From an uncultured Pseudomonadota bacterium (GTDB taxonomy: Bacteria; Pseudomonadota; Gammaproteobacteria; Methylococcales; Methylomonadaceae): 32,000 bases of DNA. The notes below the pieces were generated by a model. The model worked only from the letters and a program-made list of their open reading frames with translations, made no database searches and had not been told where the DNA came from. Positions 1 to 7,932 of this stretch are shown here, piece after piece. Position numbers and translations under genes: made by a program. Each line of letters begins with the position of its first letter. The stretch's first letter is position 1. The stretch covers positions 36,444 through 68,443 of the forward strand of contig CAVXZR010000129.1 of the NCBI GenBank assembly GCA_963765965.1, given 5' to 3'.

Positions 1-238
1 CATTTGCCCCCCATGCCAGCAGCAGACTTAATACATCGCTCAGGTTATGACTGGCATCTGCCAGTAATGCTATCGAATGCGCCAATAAACCATAAAAAAC
101 CTCGACGGCGACAAACCCGACGTTAAGCAAAATGCCAACGGCAAAAGCGCGACCGTAATTCTTTGGCGCGTGACAATGGGTATGCTCCTGTTCATGTTTA
201 TGTTTATGTTCATGTTCATGAGTGTGCGTATGTGTCAT
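1..238 (-). CDS. Cation diffusion facilitator (CzcD/ZitB-like) metal efflux protein, N-terminal part only; the gene runs off the left edge
   Basis: Not in the ORF track because there is no stop in the window. Reverse-strand translation from ATG at 238..236 gives MTHTHTHEHEHKHKHEQEHTHCHAPKNYGRAFAVGILLNVGFVAVEVFYGLLAHSIALLADASHNLSDVLSLLLAWGAN. This is a His-rich N-tail followed by TM helices with the HS.ALLAD..HN.SD motif typical of the CDF TM2 metal site. Confidence 0.8.
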   Translation of the reverse strand, partial: MTHTHTHEHEHKHKHEQEHTHCHAPKNYGRAFAVGILLNVGFVAVEVFYGLLAHSIALLADASHNLSDVLSLLLAWGAN

Positions 239-369
239 GGAGTTGCCCTCTCGATTAACGCGAATGGCGTGCGCAGTGCTTGAATGGACTGCCGCAAGAC
301 CCTTATCCATCAAGACATCCGCCGCGATTGATGCGCCGTCTGATGCCGGTACATCCTGCGCAGCTAAAT

Positions 370-582
370 TTATGAATACGTACGCATTTCCTTGAGGATG
401 ATTTTTTCGTTAGCCAAGCGCTTGGTAAGTTCCTCGTCCGTCAATGACAATGTCCCCGCGTTGTGGGTTTCCTCAGCCTGAATAGTCACATTAAACCCCA
501 GGCTCTTAAGATGCTTGCCGATGATGGCGATGGCATGGCTTTTGCCGCAATTTGCCGGCCCTTCTATTGTGATAGTGATCAT
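370..582 (-). CDS. Hypothetical 70-aa protein with an N-terminal Walker-A-like loop (GPANCGKS)
   Basis: ORF track. The sequence MITITIEGPANCGKSHAIAIIG has beta-strand plus GxxxxGKS geometry at the extreme N-terminus. No Walker B or further domain fits in 70 aa. No family recognised. Confidence 0.4.
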   Translation of the reverse strand: MITITIEGPANCGKSHAIAIIGKHLKSLGFNVTIQAEETHNAGTLSLTDEELTKRLANEKIILKEMRTYS

Positions 583-705
583 TTTGATTCCCTAAGGATG
601 TAATTATTTTCCAAACTATTTTAATGTAATAAGGCCATTGCCATTGTTAAGGTTTTGGGGGCAAAAGTTATTTTACCCCTTCATGCCCTATATGCGCCAA
701 AAGTA

Positions 706-842
706 GTAACTATTCAGCGTAAAATCACCCGCAATTGCTGGATCGCGTATCCCCACGCAGAGCGTCCAGGGATGCATTCCCACACCGGAGTGTGGGAACG
801 ATGGCGTCCGTACCCGCCGCCGTGAATATGCCGAATAGTGAC
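706..842. repeat. Chimeric repeat sharing the MITE terminus (GTAACTATTCAGCG ... CCGAATAGTGAC), with internal modules GGGATGCATTCCCACACCGGAGTGTGGGAACGATGG
   Basis: The left end is identical to the 154-bp MITE terminus. The interior is the reverse complement of the repeat at 6579-6668. Modules recur at 15348-15440 and 24514-24542. Confidence 0.7.
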
Positions 843-849
843 TATCACC

Positions 850-1179
850 TTACTTCAAGCGTGGCTTAATGCCGCGAATATCCCTGAAAGAAACCACCGC
901 CAGCAGCTTGTCTTCATCATCGATCACGTAGACATACATGATCACGTCCATATGCCGGGCAATCTCTCGAAAGTTGGTCATCACCATAGAGACAGGGGGC
1001 AATGCCGGCATTTCCATAAACTGTTCGGTGGCATACAGGAGAATGCTTTCATCATGATGATCGATGATTTTTTCGACTTTGAAAGCCTGTTGTCTATCGA
1101 TCGCTTGCAGCAGTTCCTCCGCTTTGGCTACCGGCAGCACCGCAATAAGATCGGCAGCCCTGTAGGGTATGCACTGCAT
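850..1179 (-). pseudogene. MgtE-like (N-domain/CBS region) gene fragment wedged between two repeat elements
   Basis: The 109-aa ORF contains ...YATEQFMEMPALPPVSMVMTNFREIARHMDVIMYVYVIDDEDKLLAVVSFRDI. This matches the MgtE linker/first CBS pattern (Y..., MT.., iYVvD...kL.GvvslrdL). It is far too short for MgtE (about 450 aa). Its first codons lie inside the hairpin repeat at 1162-1250 and its end abuts the repeat at 706-842. Confidence 0.45.
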
Positions 1180-1250
1180 ACCCTAGGCTTTCGGCTACGA
1201 ATAACTAACCTGAAGCGGAACGGTCTAAAGGTATGCACTGCATACCCTAC
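1162..1250. repeat. REPIN-like element: two inverted GTAGGGTATGCACTGCATACCCTA(C/G) palindromic heads about 40 bp apart
   Basis: GTAGGGTATGCACTGCATACCCTAG at the left end and GGTATGCACTGCATACCCTAC at the right end. A related copy lies at 19353-19442. Confidence 0.7.
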
Positions 1251-1381
1251 GATTTTTGGATGCACTCAATGTCCCTGCGTCAACCCTGCCCTTCTATCCG
1301 GTACCATTTCATCAAATTGTCATCTGCATAAGCGAAAATGACCGGAGTTACTACGGCTAAAAAATGCCGAATTCCGCGATT

Positions 1382-1423
1382 CGGCAGTTTATTGACCGGC
1401 ATCCGCCTTTACTGCCGTTTTTT
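1382..1423 (+). terminator. Terminator-like hairpin plus T-run with no intact upstream gene on this strand
   Basis: CGGCAGT-(22 nt)-ACTGCCG followed by TTTTTT. It lies about 100 bp upstream of the porin start, so it could be an orphan terminator or a leader/attenuator. Confidence 0.3.
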
Positions 1424-1525
1424 GCCAGGGTGTTCTGGGCATCGGCTACAATATCCGTCTCATCAGACCAATACAATCAAAACAATTAAACAACTATGCA
1501 GGGATTTTTGCTTGGGCGAACAGAC

Positions 1526-2977
1526 ATGATGCGCCTCTTTAAGATTTTTTTCCTGGTTTTAGCCAGTGTTTTTACTGCAACTGCCTATGGCGAATCGGCA
1601 GAACCTTCGGCGCACGAGGAAGGCTACGATTTGATGCAGTGGCTGGCGGACGAGGGCTTACACGATATACACGACGAAAGATGGAACGCCTACGGTCAAA
1701 TGACCTTTATCAATAACTGGAAAAGTGCGTTTCCGGCCCAATATACCAATTTAAACAATAGCGGCAACTCTTTACTACCCTCTCAGGAGCGTAGCTTTAC
1801 CGGCACGGCGACACTTTATCTGGCAGGCAAGGCCTGGAAAGGCGGCGAATTTTATTTAGTGCCGGAAGTGATTTCCGAACGGTCTTTGTCCGGTCTTAAA
1901 GGTTTGGGCAGCGTGATACAAAACTTCGAACTGCAAAAATCCGGCGGTCAGGAGCCTAGTTATTATATGTCCAGAGGCTTCTATAAACAGACCTGGGGCT
2001 TCGGCGGCAGCAAACAGGTCGTGGCCTCGGACCCCATGCAATTGGGTACCACGGAGGACAGCAGGCGTTTTGTATTTCGGGCAGGCGGATTCAGTATTCT
2101 GGATTTTTTCGACAAGAACAGCTATTCCGGCGATTTACGCAAGCAGTTCAATAATATGGCGTTCCTGACCTATGCCGCTTACGACTTTGCGGCCGACGCC
2201 AGGGGCTACACCTGGGGTGTGGTGGGCGAACTGGATTACGACGATTGGGCGTTTAAATTCGGCCATATTTTGACGCCGCGCAACCCCAACCAGTTGGCGC
2301 TGGACATTGAGCCTTTCAAATATTATGGCCAGCAGTTTGAAGTGGAACACCGTCATGAGATTGACGGCCAACCCGGCGCGGTACGGATTTTAGGCTATCG
2401 AAATGTCGAGAACATGGGAAAATTCAGCGACGCGATTGCCGCATTTAATGCAAATCCGGCCCAAAACGCCACCACCTGTACCGGTTTTAATTACGGTTCC
2501 GGCAATGCATCGGCACCGGATTTGTGCTGGGCGCGCAAGACCAATGTTAAGATGGGTATCGGTTTGAATGTGGAACAGCAGGTTTTAGACGATATCGGCC
2601 TGTTTTTCAGAGGCATGTATTCGGACGGTAAAACCGAAGTGTATTCTTATACCTCTACCGACCGCTCGATATCGCTGGGCGGAATAATGAAGGGTCATCG
2701 CTGGGGTAGAGGCAAGGATTCCATCGGAATAGGCTATGCCATGGGCTGGCTTTCCAAACAGCATATCCAGTACCTGAGCATGGGCGGTATCGACGGCTTT
2801 ATCGGCGACGGCACTCTGCGTTACAGACCGGAACAGGTGGTGGATATTTTTTACAGTTTTAATGTCTGGAATACGGTATGGTTAACGGCCGATTATCAAT
2901 ATATTGCCAACCCTGCCTACAATACCGACCGGGGTCCGGTGGATATTTACGGGGCAAAGATTCATGTCGAGTTTTAA
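1526..2977 (+). CDS. Carbohydrate-selective porin, OprB family
   Basis: ORF track 1496..2977. The likely start is MMRLFK at 1526, which gives the signal peptide MMRLFKIFFLVLASVFTATAYG. The C-terminus ...ADYQYIANPAYNTDRGPVDIYGAKIHVEF, with terminal Phe, is typical of OprB-family beta-barrels. Confidence 0.8.
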   Translation: MMRLFKIFFLVLASVFTATAYGESAEPSAHEEGYDLMQWLADEGLHDIHDERWNAYGQMTFINNWKSAFPAQYTNLNNSGNSLLPSQERSFTGTATLYLAGKAWKGGEFYLVPEVISERSLSGLKGLGSVIQNFELQKSGGQEPSYYMSRGFYKQTWGFGGSKQVVASDPMQLGTTEDSRRFVFRAGGFSILDFFDKNSYSGDLRKQFNNMAFLTYAAYDFAADARGYTWGVVGELDYDDWAFKFGHILTPRNPNQLALDIEPFKYYGQQFEVEHRHEIDGQPGAVRILGYRNVENMGKFSDAIAAFNANPAQNATTCTGFNYGSGNASAPDLCWARKTNVKMGIGLNVEQQVLDDIGLFFRGMYSDGKTEVYSYTSTDRSISLGGIMKGHRWGRGKDSIGIGYAMGWLSKQHIQYLSMGGIDGFIGDGTLRYRPEQVVDIFYSFNVWNTVWLTADYQYIANPAYNTDRGPVDIYGAKIHVEF

Positions 2978-3095
2978 TGGCCGCCGTCCGCCGCGTTTTT
3001 TATACAAGCGGGTTAGAGGCGTAGTCAAACAAAGAGCCGATTTGCGGTCAGTGGCACGCTGATGCACATGCTAGCGTCAGCCTAAAAGAACCCGG

Positions 3096-3482
3096 TTACG
3101 CGGGAAAAGCCACTGTGGCTAACAAACCGCCCAGTTTTTCGGAGCAGGAAATTTGGTAACTATTCAGTGAATTCTTGATACGCCCATCGATTCGATGAAA
3201 TTGAAAGTGTTTTGGTACGCCCCTGGTGGGTTACGATGCGCCCAACGAATTTAACTTTATCTAAACTCAACGAGTTGCGCATCTAACCCACCCTACGCTG
3301 AATAATTACGAAAATTGTAGTGAACCGCCATACGATAAGGTGTCGCCATCGTGCATCAGGCGGGTCAGCATCTGTTTTTCGGCAACCGAACGGATCGCCC
3401 AATCCGCCGCCAGCCAATGGGTAAAGAAAACCAGGCTGAGAATGATAGCCAGACCGCGATTAAGCCGCCGCCTTAATGACAC
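3096..3482 (-). pseudogene. Sensor-histidine-kinase-like mini-ORF (74 codons once the MITE is removed), interrupted by a MITE
   Basis: A GTG at 3482 overlaps the response-regulator stop. Translation gives MSLRRRLNRGLAIILSLVFFTHWLAADWAIRSVAEKQMLTRLMHDGDTLSYGGSLQFS, then a TAA supplied by the MITE terminus at 3306-3308. The same frame resumes left of the MITE (3155..3096) as QISCSEKLGGLLATVAFPA*. The N-part resembles the QseC/PmrB-type kinase N-terminus (basic stretch, TM1, start of the periplasmic region). The tail resembles a kinase C-terminus. The DHp and catalytic domains are absent. Confidence 0.5.
3156..3309. mobile_element. 154-bp MITE, copy 1
   Basis: Termini are GTAACTATTCAG...CTGAATAATTAC. 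The flanking 8-mers GAAATTTG (3148-3155) and GAAAATTG (3310-3317) form a TSD with 1 mismatch. It differs from the copies at 14528 and 19987 by 2 substitutions each. Confidence 0.85.
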
Positions 3483-4147
3483 AAGGATTTGTCTCCGAAG
3501 ATATACCCTTGGCCGCGGCGGGTTGCGATCAAATCCTTGTCTAATTTGCGTCTTAAGCGATTGACGTATACCTCTATGACATTACTGTCCGGATTGTTGT
3601 TGAGTTCATAGACATGTTCCAGCAAATAGGATTTGGCGAGAATTTTACCCGGATTCGCCATAAAGTAACGCAATAGCCGGAATTCCATAGCGGTGAGTTC
3701 AAGCGGCTGCCGGCCATCCACGCAGACGGTATGCGTTTCTTCGTCCAACACCACGCCAAACAGGCTGAGCCGCGTTTCAGCACGGTCATGCAGGCGTCTT
3801 AGCATGGCATGGATACGCGCCAAAAGCTCTTCCGTATGAAATGGTTTACCAAGATAATCGTCAGCCCCGGCATTAAAGCCATCGGCCTTTTCCTGCCAGG
3901 CATCCCGTGCCGTTAAGACAATCACCGGTAGCGTATTGCCCTTTAGCCGCCACATCCGCAATACTTCAATCCCGGAGCATTTCGGTAGGCCTAAATCCAG
4001 GATAGCGATATCGTATTGCTCTTTCGACCCCATAAATTCGCCTTGTTCGCCGTCACAAGCCATATCCACGGCAAAACCCGCGTTAACCAGTTCGGTTTTC
4101 AGGTAATTGGATAAAGGTAGATCATCTTCAATGAGTAAAAGCCGCAT
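3473..4147 (-). CDS. OmpR/PhoB-family two-component response regulator (QseB/PmrA-like)
   Basis: ORF track 3473..4285. The true start is most likely MRLLLIEDD at 4147. It has a receiver domain (DIAILDLGLP, VIVLTA) plus a C-terminal winged-helix (LTAMEFRLLRYFMANPGKILAKSYLLEHVY...VIEVYVNRLRRKL...RGQGYIF). Confidence 0.9.
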   Translation of the reverse strand: MRLLLIEDDLPLSNYLKTELVNAGFAVDMACDGEQGEFMGSKEQYDIAILDLGLPKCSGIEVLRMWRLKGNTLPVIVLTARDAWQEKADGFNAGADDYLGKPFHTEELLARIHAMLRRLHDRAETRLSLFGVVLDEETHTVCVDGRQPLELTAMEFRLLRYFMANPGKILAKSYLLEHVYELNNNPDSNVIEVYVNRLRRKLDKDLIATRRGQGYIFGDKSLCH

Positions 4148-4634
4148 CGTTAAATATGACAAAGTTAAAAAATACTTGTGTTGAAGAATCCCGGCATTAT
4201 TCCCGGCGCATGCACTTGGCTTGGCAAGCCAACCAAAGATGAAAACACGGCAATAGCAAATGATCAATGCTGATAACCCTATCATTCCTGATGTTAGATA
4301 ATAGTACGTCGATTTTGTACCGAATTATCGTAACGGGCTCACAGATCGGACATTTAACATTTAGGAAGAGCGCCAATTTTTCCCAGTCACAGCGGGTCGT
4401 GGCAGAGTAGTTGTTTCGCTGGAATATATCTTGAGTACAGCCCTGTCTGCTTGAGCCGCTGCGGTGAATCCGAATATTATGGAGCAAACCCGTCCTAAAC
4501 CGCTTACCGAAAAAGCCGGTTTATTTTCCGATTTTGGTCAAATCAACCGGACAATTGGCTGATATCAACCACGCCAAAACCGATTTCAGCAGAGCATAAA
4601 AGCTAATCTATTGTTAAATAACAAAATACTTTAC

Positions 4635-4650
4635 TGGCCCGATAGTTGCT
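4635..4650 (+). promoter_or_regulatory. Candidate sigma-54 (-24/-12) promoter
   Basis: TGGCCCgatagTTGCT. GG (4636-37) and GC (4648-49) are exactly 12 bp apart, and it matches TGGCAC-N5-TTGCW at 5/6 plus 5/5. It lies about 50 bp upstream of a 25-codon ORF (4699-4776). Confidence 0.35.
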
Positions 4651-5249
4651 TTATATTGATAGACAGCATTATTAACACAGACCGTCAAGGTGGTTGCCAT
4701 GAAAACAATTTCTGAACAAATTACACGTTTTTTAGATTTGATCATTGAAAAAATCAAGAACATTTCCGGCGCTTGAAAGCCGGGATATCGATTTCCGGTT
4801 GGTATTGACCGCTAAAACGGCGGCTGAAAAAATTCAGGAACTACCACATCCTGAATCGTTTGAGAACATCTGAATTAGCAAGCCATCTCGCCGATGGCTT
4901 GCTAAAAAGGCGCATTTGCTAGACTAAGTGGTACAAGCAAGCCGGTTTTAGCTATCTCCCGACCTAAAGGCCAAGCATCACCCGTACCACCCCGCTAGAA
5001 TTTACCCTGCGGTTTGCAATAGTCAAGTTAACCAGCATGCAAAGCCGGAGGAGGCATTATTTTGATATTTTATTCAAAATAACTGTTTTCAGGTGTTTTG
5101 CACGCTCTCTAATATGGGCGCTTATACGGCATGCCTGTTGGCCGGATAGTAACCAGAAATTTTTGTCAACAGCTTGAAAATATCTAAATTATAAAAAAAC
5201 GTAACTGTTTGTTCTAATCGTTTAGTATGCGAAACAAGTATAATAACCG

Positions 5250-5450
5250 GTGCGCTACGAAAAGAAATACCTTCGCAAGGACGGCTCACGCGTGCCTATC
5301 AAACTTCTTGTGCATCTGATAACGGATGATGCAGGCCAACCACTGCAATTCTACGCATTTATCACCGATCTGACCGAACAGAAAAACCATTTAACCATCA
5401 TCCATCATCACACGTCCATCAGAGGCTTTTTCGGGAAATGCCGAATTTAG
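5250..5450 (+). pseudogene. Isolated PAS-domain C-terminal fragment (remnant of a sensor protein)
   Basis: RYEKKYLRKDGSRVPIKLLVHLITDDAGQPLQFYAFITDLTEQK fits the distal PAS pattern (E.R..RKDGS..w........d..G.p......DIT..K). There is no N-terminal PAS half and no output domain. It is surrounded by ORF-free AT-rich DNA. Confidence 0.6.
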
Positions 5451-5631
5451 AGAGTATTCAAAACCCGGGGCTCAAGCCCAAGTGCTTACCGATTCGCTTA
5501 ATCTGCGACCATCCACGATTTACGTATACTGCTAAACATATCGCAAATTTTGACTATCGCATTGTAGTATTTAGTTCCATATAAACTATAGTTCTGGCTG
5601 ACTTTAGCAAATTCACTCAGGAAAATACTCA

Positions 5632-6543
5632 ATGGCGCAAAAAATTCTGTACTTTTTAACTTCCGGCGCAAACATTAGTCCATTTGACGTCACTCTCGCC
5701 GCAGATGCAGGTTTTGATATGGTGGTGCCGTTTACCAATGTAGAACCAAAACAAGTAACGTCCATGGTACAGGATGCTATTTTTTGCCGTCCACCCAATC
5801 GTTTTAATGATACTGGAATTTTTATAGGCGGACGTGACGTCCATTTGGCGACTGATATGTTTCAGAATGCCAAACATGCGATGGTCGGCCCTTTTCAGGT
5901 TGGCGTATTTGCGGATCCCAATGGTGCTTATACTACTTCCGCATCAATTGTCGCGTTGGTTGAACAGGTTCTAAAGACTAAAAAAGCCAAAGGATTGCCA
6001 GGGCGTAAAGTTGTAGTATTCGGTACCGGCCCCGTCGGACTTTGTACCGCTATTTTGGCTGCCCAACAGGGAGCTACAGTCAAACTCTGCCAACTGGTTG
6101 CCGACGACGATGAACGAGCGGCCCAACGTTTCTGCGAGCGTTACCAAACCCAAGTGGAATGGGCTTCCGCCCAAACTCTGGAGGAAAAAGATAAACAAGT
6201 TCAAGATGCCGAGGTAGTCATCTGCGCAGCACGGGCAGGCGTACGCATTCTCGAAAGTTCTTTAGGCAAGGCTGAAAACCTGGTTCTTGTTGCCGATTCC
6301 AATGCTGTTCCACCTACCGGTATCGCCGGTATCGGTCTTAACGATATGGGAGCAGTGATAGAAGCTTCCGGCGCTAACTTCCTGAGCATCGGAGCTTTAA
6401 CCATAGGCAATTTAAAATACAAAACTCAGTTTGGCCTATTTGAGCAGATACAAAAATCCAAAAAAGTAGCGTTAATAGATTTTCCGGACGCTTATGTGTT
6501 TGCCTTGTCGGTTCTTGAGCAACAAGCTATGAAACTCGATTAA
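5632..6543 (+). CDS. mtdB: NAD(P)-dependent methylene-tetrahydromethanopterin dehydrogenase (MtdB/MtdA family)
   Basis: The 303-aa product is colinear, from memory, with M. extorquens MtdA/MtdB: N-terminal ...SPFDV..A.DAG.D.V.P..NV, the Rossmann loop VVFGTGPVGLCTAILAAQQGA, and ADSNAVPPTGIAGI. The MtdB versus MtdA assignment is tentative. Confidence 0.75.
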   Translation: MAQKILYFLTSGANISPFDVTLAADAGFDMVVPFTNVEPKQVTSMVQDAIFCRPPNRFNDTGIFIGGRDVHLATDMFQNAKHAMVGPFQVGVFADPNGAYTTSASIVALVEQVLKTKKAKGLPGRKVVVFGTGPVGLCTAILAAQQGATVKLCQLVADDDERAAQRFCERYQTQVEWASAQTLEEKDKQVQDAEVVICAARAGVRILESSLGKAENLVLVADSNAVPPTGIAGIGLNDMGAVIEASGANFLSIGALTIGNLKYKTQFGLFEQIQKSKKVALIDFPDAYVFALSVLEQQAMKLD

Positions 6544-6578
6544 GGAGTTTGATGGGGCCATCGTTAGGATAATTTATG

Positions 6579-6668
6579 GTAACTATTCAGTGTATTCACG
6601 GAGGCGGGGGGCGGACACCATCGTTCCCACGCTCCGGCGTGGGAATGCATCCCTGGACGCTCAGTGTC
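6579..6668. repeat. Chimeric repeat sharing the MITE terminus (GTAACTATTCAGTG) fused to the CCATCGTTCCCACGCTCCGGCGTGGGAATGCATCCCTGGACGCTCAG modules
   Basis: Aligns base by base with the reverse complement of 706-842. No second terminus is recognisable. Confidence 0.65.
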
Positions 6669-6722
6669 TTCTTGAGTACATCCTGCAATTTTTCACAATC
6701 TAATCACTCAAACAAGCACAGA

Positions 6723-6768
6723 CAACAAATCCGTTGCGCAAAATATTTGTTGCGCAACGGATTTGTTG
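6723..6768. promoter_or_regulatory. Perfect 19-bp inverted repeat (8-bp spacer) 40 bp upstream of the ATPase operon; candidate operator
   Basis: CAACAAATCCGTTGCGCAA-aatatttg-TTGCGCAACGGATTTGTTG. It is not followed by a T-run, so it is not a canonical terminator. I did not see it elsewhere in the window. Confidence 0.4.
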
Positions 6769-6807
6769 CTAAAATAACCGGCATCTAAACTTGCCCGGTT
6801 AACCGTT

Positions 6808-7932
6808 ATGTCCAAACCTATGCAAATCGTCATTGGTAATCCCGCCACGGACAACAATTTCTATCCGCGCGACGCAATTTGCAATAAATTGCTGCTTGCG
6901 ATGGCGGTGGAACACGTTTTGTTTCTGGCGCCGCGCCGTACCGGCAAAACCAGCGTGTTACTACATTTACAGGCGCAGGCGCCCTGCCGGACGGTGTTTT
7001 TGAATCTGGAAGAATTTAATCATCCGCGCTTATGGATACAGAAAATGGCTCAGGAGTTGAGCAGGATTCAAGACAACCCTTTATGGCAAAATCTGAAACA
7101 ATTAGGCGGCCAGTTCCACCGCCTTAAAACAAAATACGGCCATATAGAAGCTGCGGAATGGACTGCAAAAGCCAGTGGCCTGACAAAAGATTTAGGCCGG
7201 CTAGGCGAACCGGTATGGTTCTTACTGGACGAGTTTCCGACCATGATAGACTTGATTGCAAAAAATCACGGTGTGGCATTAGCCGAAGAGACGTTGCATT
7301 GGCTCCGCAGCACCCGCCAGGAAAACATCGCCAGCCCGGTCCGGTTTTTATTGACGGGCTCCATCGGCCTGGACAGCGTGTTGCGCCGGCATGGCATCCG
7401 GGGCGTCGCTAACGATTTTCGCCGGGAAACACTGAAACCGCTTCAAGAAAAGGAAGCGCTGGAAATGGCCTTGAAACTGGCTGAAGACAACGGAATTGCG
7501 TTGGAAGCATCTTTTGCACTAGCCTATATACAGCGGCTAGGCCCGGCCCGCTGGCCGTTTTTTATCCAACTGTTTCTTGCAGAATTGCAGGATGCGGAAA
7601 GCCCCTATAGCCTTGATCAGGTTTACCAAAACATAGCCCTCAGCAACCGTAACCAGTACGCGAGCAATATGCGGGATCGGTTAAAAGAGATTTTCGAACC
7701 GGCGGAAGCAGACATCGCCCGGCAATTATTACGCCTGACGGCTGGTTCGGATACCGGCCTCTTCAATGAAGAATTACGCTCCCGGCTGGCCAATGTCGAA
7801 GACGCCGATTACGGCTACGTGCTGGAAGTGCTGCAACACGACGGATATCTGACCGAAACCGACGAAGGCCGCATCGTGTTTTACTCGCACCTGCTCCGCG
7901 ATTTCTGGCGGCGAAAAGGGGGGCGGGCATGA
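6808..7932 (+). CDS. AAA+/STAND-type ATPase of the archaeal-ATPase (ATPase_2) type with a C-terminal winged-helix-like tail
   Basis: The 374-aa product has Walker A LAPRRTGKTSVLL, Walker B VWFLLDEFP and a sensor-like LLTGSIG. The tail is YVLEVLQHDGYLTETDEGRIVFYSHLLRDFWRRK. Its stop overlaps the next start (ATGA at 7929-7932). Confidence 0.7.
   Translation: MSKPMQIVIGNPATDNNFYPRDAICNKLLLAMAVEHVLFLAPRRTGKTSVLLHLQAQAPCRTVFLNLEEFNHPRLWIQKMAQELSRIQDNPLWQNLKQLGGQFHRLKTKYGHIEAAEWTAKASGLTKDLGRLGEPVWFLLDEFPTMIDLIAKNHGVALAEETLHWLRSTRQENIASPVRFLLTGSIGLDSVLRRHGIRGVANDFRRETLKPLQEKEALEMALKLAEDNGIALEASFALAYIQRLGPARWPFFIQLFLAELQDAESPYSLDQVYQNIALSNRNQYASNMRDRLKEIFEPAEADIARQLLRLTAGSDTGLFNEELRSRLANVEDADYGYVLEVLQHDGYLTETDEGRIVFYSHLLRDFWRRKGGRA

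Noticed and set aside
838-1341. 167-aa ORF on the + strand
   Set aside because: It is antisense to the MgtE-like fragment and runs straight through the palindromic repeat at 1162-1250. It is Cys/His/Arg-rich low-quality sequence with no RBS. Judged spurious.
2978-3010. Terminator after the porin gene
   Set aside because: A T-run (GCGTTTTTTAT) is present, but the preceding GGCCGCCGTCCGCCGCG does not form a convincing stem by eye.
3044-3062. TGGCACgctgaTGCAC as a sigma-54 promoter
   Set aside because: The GG-to-GC spacing is 11, not 12, and the -12 element is TGCA rather than TTGC. The TGGCAC hits at 15045 and 16744 also lack any -12 TTGC.
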